Part shown: positions 30,499 through 39,683 of the stretch, piece by piece
How positions within the stretch are numbered: position 1 is the first letter of the stretch
Layout: every line of letters begins with the position of its first letter
NCBI GenBank assembly: GCA_051439505.1
Contig: JBFRWI010000102.1
Coordinates: forward strand, 1-64,000
Length of the DNA stretch: 64,000 bases
Source: Hormoscilla sp.
GTDB lineage: Bacteria > Cyanobacteriota > Cyanobacteriia > Cyanobacteriales > Desertifilaceae
Direction of reading: 5' to 3'
Notes under the pieces: generated by a model
Told to the model about the DNA's origin: nothing
The model's database searches: none
Seen by the model: the letters and a program-made list of their open reading frames with translations, nothing else
Position numbers and translations under genes: made by a program

Positions 30499-31596
30499 AT
30501 GAAATACCGGTTATTCACGCAAATGCTGACAGGGTTGGCGATCGCCTTTACCCTAGGGACCGCCGCCACACAAACCAGTACGGCCCAAAGCAATAAGTTG
30601 TTGTGCGGTACTCATCAGGAGGAATGCGATCGAGTCTCTGGCAGATTTGAACAACTCTCATCAGCAGAAATAAATGTGATCGCACAGCAGACAACTGTTG
30701 CCATTGTTCCCGGACTGACACCGGAATTAGTCGCCGAATTTGAGAACAATAGAAACAATCCTCTAGCTAGCAGCAGAAACCCTGATGGAGTATGGCATCC
30801 AGGTTCTGGGGTGATTATCGCCAGAGAAGGAAAGAAATACTACGTTTTGACAAGCAGTCACAACTTTAAGCAACGGCATCTGGAGAAGAATATTTCCTAT
30901 GGAATTCGCACGAGTGACGGCAGGGTTCACGTGGTGGAACAAATCAATGATGGTCGGGGTTGTCCTCTTAATGGCAAGCCGTCTGTTGGGAAACTGATTC
31001 GATTAGGTTGCTATTCAATCAATGTTCCAAGACGAGTTGTGGGTGTCGATCTTGCAGTGGTAAGTTTTGATAGCGATCGAGACTATCTTGTTGCTTCATT
31101 AGGAAACAATGACGATCTTAACATCGGAGACTTGGTTTATATTTCGGGCTGGCCCGATCCTGAAAAAGAACGGGATCCTGTAACAGGTAAGTGTCGCGGT
31201 CGGGTGGCCCCTCGGCAATGGGCGATGCTTTCCAGTCCAGTAGTAGCAAAAATCGATCCTCACCAGAGTGAATTTGGATATAGCATTTTTTACATGGATA
31301 AAACTACCCCAGGTATGGGAGGCGGACCCGTATTTGATGCCCAGGGGCGTGTGGTTAGCATTCATGGGCGAGGATCGGGAGAAAGAGCGAAATTGATAAG
31401 GCAATACTGTGTAGTACCAGAGAATATGCTTTCGACGGAATTAGAGTCAGAGGATATTGAGAATCTATTAGCAGAGGCAGCAAATTATCCTCCGACAAGT
31501 CTCAGCAATAAATTTAGCAGTGGTCATAGTGTGAATTTATTTCAGAGTTTATTAGCAGAGGCAGGTATTAATTTGCCCTTTACCGATTCGCCGTAG
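30499..31596 (+). CDS. Secreted trypsin-like protein with catalytic Ser replaced by Gly
   Basis: Signal peptide; GSGVII, VLTSSH, DLAVVSF; GMGGGPVFD instead of GMSGGPV. Confidence 0.85.
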   Translation: MKYRLFTQMLTGLAIAFTLGTAATQTSTAQSNKLLCGTHQEECDRVSGRFEQLSSAEINVIAQQTTVAIVPGLTPELVAEFENNRNNPLASSRNPDGVWHPGSGVIIAREGKKYYVLTSSHNFKQRHLEKNISYGIRTSDGRVHVVEQINDGRGCPLNGKPSVGKLIRLGCYSINVPRRVVGVDLAVVSFDSDRDYLVASLGNNDDLNIGDLVYISGWPDPEKERDPVTGKCRGRVAPRQWAMLSSPVVAKIDPHQSEFGYSIFYMDKTTPGMGGGPVFDAQGRVVSIHGRGSGERAKLIRQYCVVPENMLSTELESEDIENLLAEAANYPPTSLSNKFSSGHSVNLFQSLLAEAGINLPFTDSP

Positions 31597-32126
31597 TCAG
31601 CGGTAAAGAAACCGGGTTTCTTCGGGGAAAATATCGATCCTGTATGGATCGCATCACAAGAAACCCGGTTTCTGGGAACTGCGCCAAATAGAGAATGGTC
31701 GCCTCACTCTTGCCTCTTGGGAATTTGAGCGCGTCCCCACCACCACAGCATCCGCGCTAAAACTACAACAAAGAGGAAGGGAAGCGCTACCAAAAAGAAT
31801 ATTCTTCATTCTCCTGTATATTTGGGTACCTGTAAAAAGGACATCTCACGCTTTGCACGGGCGAAGCATTTGGATAGGGAATTTGTCATCTATGACTTAG
31901 ATTTTCGCCCAAATGCTAGCTGCTGCGCAGCCGCTGCGCTAACGCCCCTACAGATATTCGCAAATATAAGATGCCCCCCTGTAAATTAACATAATGATTT
32001 GATTTCGTACCTCTACCCAACCTACGCTAGCTACTTTCAGCCCGCGCAGGCGGGCTTTGTTTTGTAGCCGGACCCTTCAGGGTTCGGGCGGCGTTCGGGC
32101 GGCGTGTGTGCCTGTAGGTAGGTAAC

Positions 32127-33515
32127 TTAAAATTCCACACTCAAAGGCGCACGTGGGAAAGGAATCACATCTCGAATATTACTCATTCCCGTCATAAACT
32201 GCACCAAGCGTTCAAACCCCAAACCAAACCCTGCATGGGGAACCGTTCCAAAGCGACGCAAGTCCAGATACCACCATAACTCTTCCGTACTCATTCCTTG
32301 GGCTTTTATCCGTCCTTCCAGCACGTCCAAACGTTCTTCCCGCTGGGCACCCCCAATTATTTCTCCAATATTCGGAGCCAAAACATCCATCGCTGCCACG
32401 GTCTTTTCATCGTCGTTCAAGCGCATGTAAAATGCCTTGATCTCTACCGGGTAGTCAGTCACGATCGCGGGCTTTTTGAAAAGTTCTTCTGCCAAATAGC
32501 GCTCGTGTTCCGACTGGAGATCCACACCCCAGCGGACCGGATACTCAAACTTCTTGTCCGCTTTCTCCAAGAGGCCGATCGCCTCAGTATAGGTCAGCCG
32601 TGCGAATTCATTATTGATAATATTATCAGCCCGGGCCAGCACCCCATCATCAATGCGCTTATTGAAGAACTCCATATCCTCCGGGCACTGCTTCAACACG
32701 GACTCAAATACGTACTTGAGGAACTCTTCCGCCAGATCCATATCCCCTGAGAGGTCGCAAAAAGCCATTTCCGGCTCGATCATCCAAAACTCCGCCAAAT
32801 GGCGGGAAGTGTTAGAATTTTCCGCCCGAAAAGTCGGACCAAAAGTATAGACATCCCGGAAGGCCATGGCCATAATTTCCGCTTCCAACTGTCCGCTAAC
32901 AGTCAAATAGGCGGGTTTGCCAAAAAAGTCCTGACTGTAATCAACCTTGCGATCGTCTGTCAGGGGCACCTCCTGCAAATTAAAATTAGTGATCGCAAAT
33001 AACTCCCCCGCCCCTTCACAATCACTCGCAGTGATAATGGGAGTGTGAACCCAGAGAAAACCCCGTTCTTGAAAGAATTGGTGGACCGCAGCAGCAGTCG
33101 CATTCCGCACCCGGAACACCGCCCCCAAGGTATTCGTGCGCGATCGCAAATGCCCGATCGTCCGCAAAAACTCAAAAGAATGGCGCTTCTTCTGCAAAGG
33201 ATAGGACTCCTCAGCCCCCCCGTAAACCGTCACCCCAGTGGCCTTCAACTCAATGCGCTGACCCTTACCCGGAGACTCCACCAGGGTGCCAGTCACCTCC
33301 ACCGAGGCCCCCGTACTCACCTGCTTCAGCAGATCCTCATAATTAGGCAAATCCTCGTTCAGCACCACCTGCAGGTTAGCCAGAAACGAGCCATCATTCA
33401 CCTCCATAAAAGCAAAACCCTTAGACGAGCGCTTCGTGCGCACCCAGCCCTTAATCGTCACCGCTTCATCGGGCTGACCCTGCCGTAAAATTTCCGCAAT
33501 TCGTCGAGTTACCAT
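32127..33515 (-). CDS. asnS: Asparagine--tRNA ligase
   Basis: [43 protein letters not shown]. Confidence 0.98.
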   Translation of the reverse strand: MVTRRIAEILRQGQPDEAVTIKGWVRTKRSSKGFAFMEVNDGSFLANLQVVLNEDLPNYEDLLKQVSTGASVEVTGTLVESPGKGQRIELKATGVTVYGGAEESYPLQKKRHSFEFLRTIGHLRSRTNTLGAVFRVRNATAAAVHQFFQERGFLWVHTPIITASDCEGAGELFAITNFNLQEVPLTDDRKVDYSQDFFGKPAYLTVSGQLEAEIMAMAFRDVYTFGPTFRAENSNTSRHLAEFWMIEPEMAFCDLSGDMDLAEEFLKYVFESVLKQCPEDMEFFNKRIDDGVLARADNIINNEFARLTYTEAIGLLEKADKKFEYPVRWGVDLQSEHERYLAEELFKKPAIVTDYPVEIKAFYMRLNDDEKTVAAMDVLAPNIGEIIGGAQREERLDVLEGRIKAQGMSTEELWWYLDLRRFGTVPHAGFGLGFERLVQFMTGMSNIRDVIPFPRAPLSVEF

Positions 33516-33533
33516 ATTTCCATTCCTAAGAAA

Positions 33534-33866
33534 TCATCGTCTGATCCACCAGTGTAATATCCAGCCGAGGACCAGACCCAACCCTCCAAACCGCACCGCC
33601 TGCCAAAAAGGTTCCTGGAGGCGGATCCAGGAAAACAAACGACTTTCCAACTCCACTTCCAGAACCTCCAGCTGCTGCTTGACCTCCCGCAATTCCTGCT
33701 GCAACTCGGACAACCGCCGCTGCAGGGCTCCCTGTCGCCCTTGGCCCTGGCGCACTTGGCCGTAGCGTTCCCTCAGATCGGACAGGGCCCGATCGGCATC
33801 TGCGAGTGCTTGTTCAAATTCCCGGTTAAAATCCGACGACGAGGACGGTTCTTCTTCCGACTGCAT
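33534..33866 (-). CDS. Hypothetical coiled-coil protein with C-terminal TM
   Basis: Coiled coil then FWQAVRFGGLGLVLGW; immediately upstream of asnS. Confidence 0.8.
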   Translation of the reverse strand: MQSEEEPSSSSDFNREFEQALADADRALSDLRERYGQVRQGQGRQGALQRRLSELQQELREVKQQLEVLEVELESRLFSWIRLQEPFWQAVRFGGLGLVLGWILHWWIRR

Positions 33867-34081
33867 GAGCTTGATATACTTTGAAAGGCATTGACGAGCG
33901 CAAAATGGAGAATAGTGTCATTGCGAGGGGGGCTTCCTGACCGCTATTGTCGGAAACACTACCCATACCCCCCCGAAGCAATCCCCTACCCAGCTTGCAG
34001 TTCCATACGGTTCGCAGTATATAGTAATATAGAAGCCAACAAATCTCATCGGCTGTTAAACCAACAATTTTACCCGGCACC

Positions 34082-34387
34082 ATGCTCAACCAGACCGCAA
34101 CCACTCCCCAGAGTCCCCAAGTCAACTCCAGCACCACAGCCAGTCAGGAACTGAGCACCATCGAACTCGCCCAGGCCCTGGCCCAGCGGCTGACCATCAC
34201 ACCGAACAAATGGCACCAGCTTAAGTCTAACCGTCCAGCTCGGGCCCGGGAGCAAGCCGCCGCCGCCCTGGTTTTTCTTCTCAAGGATAACCCCGAAGAA
34301 GCCCTTGCCAGACTCCAACAAGCAACCGGTTGGCTAGACCGATCGATCTCAGCACCACCTTGTCCCGGCCACGGATCTAATAAGTAG
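34082..34387 (+). CDS. DUF6439-like cyanobacterial protein
   Basis: WHQLKSNR..RAREQ.AAAL...GWLDRSISAPPCP.HG. Confidence 0.8.
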   Translation: MLNQTATTPQSPQVNSSTTASQELSTIELAQALAQRLTITPNKWHQLKSNRPARAREQAAAALVFLLKDNPEEALARLQQATGWLDRSISAPPCPGHGSNK

Positions 34388-34455
34388 TCGGCGTTGCACA
34401 ATTCGGGAGACAACGGACTACTGACCACTGACCACTGACCACTGACCACTGACCA

Positions 34456-34887
34456 TCAGCAAGGGGTCAATTGCTTGCAGAGTCTCAACTCCCTGCCTTC
34501 ATTATCCCACTGCACCCGATCGAATATTTGGTGTATAATAAAAAGTCCCCGACCGCATTCAGAATCATGCTCGGGGAGGCAGTTGACCGTCTCCGGGTCA
34601 AAATAACAATCATCTCTGTGTCCAAAACCCTGGTCTGAGATTACCCACCAATAGTGGTTTTCCACCACATAGAAGCAAACCGAGACCTTTTTACTGGGGT
34701 CTAATTTGTTACCATGCTTGGCGGCATTGACCAATGCTTCTTGTAGTCCCAGTCGGATTTCCAAGTGCCATTGGTCTGGAACTTTTGCTAATAACAAATC
34801 CAGAACAGGACAAAGATAGAGAGTTGAAGGAAAACTAATCGTGCTCCATTGGCTGCGCCTTACAGGACGCTCTGAGATAGCAATCAC
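34456..34887 (-). CDS. pmgA: Anti-sigma-type ATP-binding protein (PmgA-like)
   Basis: SFPSTLYLCPVLDLL, RLGLQEALVNAAKHGN, CGRGLF. Confidence 0.8.
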   Translation of the reverse strand: MIAISERPVRRSQWSTISFPSTLYLCPVLDLLLAKVPDQWHLEIRLGLQEALVNAAKHGNKLDPSKKVSVCFYVVENHYWWVISDQGFGHRDDCYFDPETVNCLPEHDSECGRGLFIIHQIFDRVQWDNEGRELRLCKQLTPC

Positions 34888-35274
34888 GGCTGAAAAAACC
34901 CCTTAGCTTTCAACAGGATAAACAGCAAGTTGCAAGTTGGCATAAACTATGGACATTGATTTATTCACAGGTCATGCATGACTGAAACTTGGGTCGGTAT
35001 ACCAAATAATTGATAACCTGATGGATAGTTGCTATAATTGATTTTTAGCTTCACCTTCTTTTCGCAAAATACTGACTTCATCGAGCTATAAATCTGTAAC
35101 CTACTGCCCACTATTTACATCATATCCCAAAAATTGCTCAATTACACGCTCTTAGAGCAAATGCCCCCGACTGCCATCGTCTTCTCGCCCTAATCATCGG
35201 ACTGCTATACTAGGGATGCCGCTGTGGTTCACCCTGGCGATTAAAATAACTTAAGTCACGGATTAAGAGAAATT

Positions 35275-36489
35275 ATGATTTCTGCTTCTGTTACCACCCC
35301 TGCGATCGATCTGTCTGGGGTGAGATTGGAGATTAGAGCCTTACAGCCACAACTGGTAGAATGGCGCAGAAGGTTGCATCAGCGACCGGAACGGGGCTTT
35401 CTCGAAAAGTTGACAGCCCAGTTGATTTGCCAAAAGTTAACTTCATGGGGCATCGATCATCTTCCAGGCGTAGCTGAGACGGGAGTGGTAGCCACGATCC
35501 CCGGAGCGAAAGCAGGACCCGTACTCGCTATTAGAGCAGATATGGATGCCCTGCCGATCCAAGAATTGAACGATGTCCCCTATCGATCGCAGCATGATGG
35601 CATCATGCATGCTTGCGGTCATGACGGACATACCGCGATCGCCCTAGGAACAGCCAAGTATCTGGCCGACCATCAGCAGGACTTCGCGGGCACCGTCAAG
35701 ATCCTCTTCCAACCGGCAGAGGAAGGACCCGGAGGTGCCAAACCCATGATTGCAGCGGGGGTATTGGCAAATCCCGAGGTAGATGCCATTATCGGCTTGC
35801 ACCTGTGGAATAATCTGCCCCTGGGCAGAGTCGGCGTGCGCAGTGGCCCATTGATGGCGGCAGTGGAGCTGTTTGACGCTCACATTTTGGGCAAAGGGGG
35901 ACATGGTGCCATGCCCCATCAAACCATTGATTCGATCGTGGTCAGCGCCCAAATTGTCAATGCCTTACAGACGATCGTGGCCCGAAACGTCGATCCAGTC
36001 AAGTCAGCGGTGGTTACCATCGGAGAACTTCATGCTGGCACGGCCCACAACATCATTGCCGATACTGCCCGGATGAAGGGGACAGTGCGGTATTTCGATC
36101 CAGTCTTCGAGGGATATTTCGGGCAGCGAGTCGAGCAAATTATTGCTGGCGTCTGCCAGAGTCACGGTGCTAGTTATGAATTAAACTACTGGAATCTTTA
36201 TCCACCTGTCATCAATGATACTGCCATAGCTGAATTAGTCCGTTCTGTGGCCTTAGAGGTAGTGGAAATGCCAGCAGGAGTAGTCCCAGAATGCCAGACC
36301 ATGGGGGGAGAGGACATGTCCTTTTTCCTACGAGAGGTGCCAGGGTGCTATTTCTTCCTGGGTTCTGCTAACCCTGACAAGGGTTTAGCTTATCCCCATC
36401 ACCATCCTCGCTTTGACTTTGACGAGATCGTCTTGCAGGTGGGTGTGGAAATGTTCGTCCGCTGCGTAGAAAAGTTTTGTCAGACCTAG
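35275..36489 (+). CDS. M20 family amidohydrolase
   Basis: RADMDALP, MHACGHDGH, FQPAEEG, GGEDM, HHHPRFDFDE. Confidence 0.95.
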   Translation: MISASVTTPAIDLSGVRLEIRALQPQLVEWRRRLHQRPERGFLEKLTAQLICQKLTSWGIDHLPGVAETGVVATIPGAKAGPVLAIRADMDALPIQELNDVPYRSQHDGIMHACGHDGHTAIALGTAKYLADHQQDFAGTVKILFQPAEEGPGGAKPMIAAGVLANPEVDAIIGLHLWNNLPLGRVGVRSGPLMAAVELFDAHILGKGGHGAMPHQTIDSIVVSAQIVNALQTIVARNVDPVKSAVVTIGELHAGTAHNIIADTARMKGTVRYFDPVFEGYFGQRVEQIIAGVCQSHGASYELNYWNLYPPVINDTAIAELVRSVALEVVEMPAGVVPECQTMGGEDMSFFLREVPGCYFFLGSANPDKGLAYPHHHPRFDFDEIVLQVGVEMFVRCVEKFCQT

Positions 36490-36506
36490 GGCCGATCGCC
36501 TGTCTG

Positions 36507-36995
36507 TCACTGGTCTGCGATCGCTCGCTGCAAAATTGCCACATCGAACTCACCCACAAGTTTGAAAGATGCTTGGCGACTGTCTTCGGATGTATGGGTT
36601 AGACAGATCTCCAGATAGCTGGATGGCTTGTAAGGTAGTTTGTCAGCCCACTCAATGGCCACAATGCCCGAGGGAAACTCTACCGCTTCCCAGTAGGTTT
36701 CTGGCTGCAAGGCCGCTACTTCTGCCGGTTCTAACCGGTACAAGTCCAGGTGGTACAGGGGCAGGCGTCCCTCTAGATACTCATTAATCAGGGTGAAGGT
36801 GGGACTGTCAATATTTTCGGTAATGCCCAGTCCAGCACCGATCGCCTGAACTAGAGTAGTTTTACCAGCACCCAAGTCTCCCTCTAGGAGAATGACGCTA
36901 CTAGCTGGCAGACTGCGCCCCAGGGCGATACCGAGGCGGCGCGTTGCTTTTCGATCTGAAACTGTAATATACTCTGGCATGAAAAATCGTTGCAC
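36507..36995 (-). CDS. tsaE: tRNA threonylcarbamoyladenosine biosynthesis ATPase TsaE
   Basis: GDLGAGKTT, SPTFTLINEY, HLDLYRL, IEWA. Confidence 0.95.
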   Translation of the reverse strand: MQRFFMPEYITVSDRKATRRLGIALGRSLPASSVILLEGDLGAGKTTLVQAIGAGLGITENIDSPTFTLINEYLEGRLPLYHLDLYRLEPAEVAALQPETYWEAVEFPSGIVAIEWADKLPYKPSSYLEICLTHTSEDSRQASFKLVGEFDVAILQRAIADQ

Positions 36996-37155
36996 ATTTT
37001 GGGGATGATAGTTATCAGTTCGAGGTTGTCACATGTTATTGGGTGTTGTCAAAAGTAGTTGTAGCCCGATAAGTTGCTGCCCGATCGGGTGATGCTTTTC
37101 TATGGATACATGGGCCCAATGCCATCCACAAACCCCCGATCGCCCCTACTGACAA

Positions 37156-38577
37156 TCATTTATCTTTGCCTATATGAGCGAGCAGTCGCACCAACAGGAT
37201 CCTTCCGAACCGAAACAACAAGGCGGCGACGATCGCGGCCCCCACAGGCGGTGCCAATAGGGTAGCGTAATACTGGAGAGATTCCACAGACACTAGCTTT
37301 TGCACAGATTCTGGCTTTTCTGCAAACAATTTATCTCCTGTCTTAAGTTGCTCTGCTAGCCAGGAACCTACCGCCCATCCTACTCCCAGATCCGTAACCA
37401 ATTCTTGAAAATTTTTATCCCTCTTCACTTTGGCGACGGCGACGGTACTCTCTGTCGCTTTAATTCCTTCTTGCAGCAATTTCATCGCCGTCCCCAGGTT
37501 ATTTTGATCCCTGATGATTTGCTCCAAATAGTTCTCCTTGAAGTCCAGGACGAATAGATGAAAAAATCCTATGTTTGTCACCGCTTCTGGGCTTACCTTC
37601 AAGGCTTGAATTGCGACATCTAACCTCTGATAATTTTTGAGATTGATCTCGATCATCTCTTTATACAAATCCAGGCTTCTTAAGGATTTTATATACCTAG
37701 AGAATGACCCTTGCATCTTATATACATGTTTCTTCAGGAATTCTAGTTCTCTACCTCGATCGAGACCTTTTTCTATGTCTGATTCAAAGCTTTCTATCTT
37801 GCTAAAGTTATCTTTTGATTCGTGCTTCAGAAGGCGACTCTGTCCGTAATTCCAGAGAACTTTGTGGCGAAATAGAAACATCCTCATCCACCCATGATGT
37901 AAAGAATTACCTAGATCCAATGTTTCTCTATCTGGATAGATGATGATGATGACATGGTGGTTCTCTTGGATATCTTGGATAGTTGTTGCCTCTCGCTTCG
38001 CATCCTCTTTCATGACTATGCTATATTGGGAGAGTTCAAAAATATCTGCTCCCATCAACTTTCCTTGTCCTTGCAAGTCATTTTCCCACCTTTGGGAGCC
38101 CATTAATTCTGCATAGCACTCTTTCGCAATTTCTGCGGGGGGTTTCTTTGAACCCTCGGGCAAGTAGCCATATATCATCCAGGTTTGACCGATCGTCGGT
38201 TGTTTCCCCTGGAGTTGGTTTTGCTGGATCTCCTCCTTCAGTTCTGCGAAGCATTTTGTCGCTTGCGGTGCAGATGTATCTTTCATAGAACATTCTACTA
38301 GCAATCCATAAGCATCGTTTATGTATACGGGATAATAATATCCTTTGTAGGGATCCTGAAACTCTGCCTCTGTTATGTCCACCTCCGGATCGTCCAGTAG
38401 GAGGATATATTCTGCTTCAACTCTATTATCCTTGGCAAACAGGTCTTTCCTAACATTTGCGGGGAGTTTCTCCTTGAAGTTCTTTCTCCTCTGCTTAGCT
38501 TCCGCATCGGTATCCCCCAGACTCTCTCTCAGATCGTAGAGAAATAGATCTACTGTGGGATTGACTATATCACTCAT
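37156..38577 (-). CDS. 473-aa hypothetical protein: alpha/beta N-terminus, long helices, hydrophobic C-terminal segments (CATRA/CorA-like architecture, tentative)
   Basis: PTVDLFLYDLR, YYPVYINDAY, RHKVLWNY, INLKNY, YLEQI; two hydrophobic C-terminal stretches. Confidence 0.8.
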   Translation of the reverse strand: MSDIVNPTVDLFLYDLRESLGDTDAEAKQRRKNFKEKLPANVRKDLFAKDNRVEAEYILLLDDPEVDITEAEFQDPYKGYYYPVYINDAYGLLVECSMKDTSAPQATKCFAELKEEIQQNQLQGKQPTIGQTWMIYGYLPEGSKKPPAEIAKECYAELMGSQRWENDLQGQGKLMGADIFELSQYSIVMKEDAKREATTIQDIQENHHVIIIIYPDRETLDLGNSLHHGWMRMFLFRHKVLWNYGQSRLLKHESKDNFSKIESFESDIEKGLDRGRELEFLKKHVYKMQGSFSRYIKSLRSLDLYKEMIEINLKNYQRLDVAIQALKVSPEAVTNIGFFHLFVLDFKENYLEQIIRDQNNLGTAMKLLQEGIKATESTVAVAKVKRDKNFQELVTDLGVGWAVGSWLAEQLKTGDKLFAEKPESVQKLVSVESLQYYATLLAPPVGAAIVAALLFRFGRILLVRLLAHIGKDK

Positions 38578-38924
38578 TATGTTTTTTCGTCCGGATTGAT
38601 TTTCTACGAAGGCGATCGCCCAAGGTAGGTATATATTATAGTACAGGTTTTGTTTCCTGGACTCAAGGGAAAAATATTTTGATTGGTCCCATGACCCCGG
38701 GTGTGGTCATGGGTCAGTTGGTACACCGGAGTCCTCGCGGGGTGCCGGCGTTGGGAAGGCGTTTTGGCAGGGCCCATAAGCGATCGACCGGGTTTTAACT
38801 CACCGGAATGCACCATTCTCAATTAATCAATAAGTCTCCTGGTCCGCCGTGGGTTCAAACCCACGGCTAATAGCTGAAGTCGGTTGAAAACCGACTGAAA
38901 ACCTTATCTAGACAAGGTCGAGAG

Positions 38925-39052
38925 GGGTGTGGTCAAAAGTAGTTGATAGCTGGGTGCATCGCCCGATAGTAATATAGCCCGCGCAGGCGGGCTTTGTTCA
39001 TGTAGCCGGGCCCTTTAGGGTTCGGGCTTACCAACGGGTTTTGACCACACCC
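38925..39052. mobile_element. 128-bp MITE of the GGGTGTGGTCAAAA family nested in another palindromic repeat
   Basis: Terminal inverted repeats; 9-bp target duplication GGTCGAGAG at 38916-38924 and 39053-39061. Confidence 0.9.
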
Positions 39053-39195
39053 GGTCGAGAGTGGGTTTTAACCCACTTAAGCTATTAGCGAGGGGTTTTA
39101 ACCCCTCGCGGGGTAGCGGGCTTTTTGACAATGGTGCAAGATCTCAATTTGAACGTACCCTTTTGTTGGGTTTCGTGCGGAGACCCAACCTACGA

Positions 39196-39618
39196 CTACT
39201 TAACCGCCCCCCGCAACTTTTGGATTAATTCATCAAAAAATCCGTTTTCTTGGCATTCTTTGCATTCTGACTGCGGATCGGGACTTTCGAGAATGGACAT
39301 GGAGAAGTTTTTAATGTGAGTGCCATAACTGCTATCGTTGGGATCCCCCTTTGGGCGCCCACGCTCGACCGAGTCCTCATCTGGGAAGAGTAATTGCTGG
39401 ATGTTGTTTTCCCCGAGATCTTCTAGTTGGGCTTTGGTTGTGGTAAACTGTTGATGCCAGGTCGGGTTAGCCTTTATTATCTTTATCAGCTCTTGTTCCC
39501 CAGCCTCGGGAGCTGTGTCCAGCTGGACTCCGACTTTCTGTAAGGATTTTTGTTCCTCTGGGGTCAGGGGCTCTCTATCTGGCAGTGTGAGCAGCAGGGC
39601 TAGTAAACTATTGTTCAT
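39196..39618 (-). CDS. Small helical hypothetical protein (140 aa)
   Basis: Clean ORF divergent from the caspase gene, with a 65-bp gap. Confidence 0.8.
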   Translation of the reverse strand: MNNSLLALLLTLPDREPLTPEEQKSLQKVGVQLDTAPEAGEQELIKIIKANPTWHQQFTTTKAQLEDLGENNIQQLLFPDEDSVERGRPKGDPNDSSYGTHIKNFSMSILESPDPQSECKECQENGFFDELIQKLRGAVK

Positions 39619-39683
39619 GGTTGGCTAGCTTTCATGTTTTAATATTGCGATCGTCAACATTATAGATCAGTATCAAGGTTATT

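Noticed and set aside
38698..38727. Partial GGGTGTGGTC matches (also near 21157)
   Set aside because: Only 10 bp match, with no partner end or target duplication
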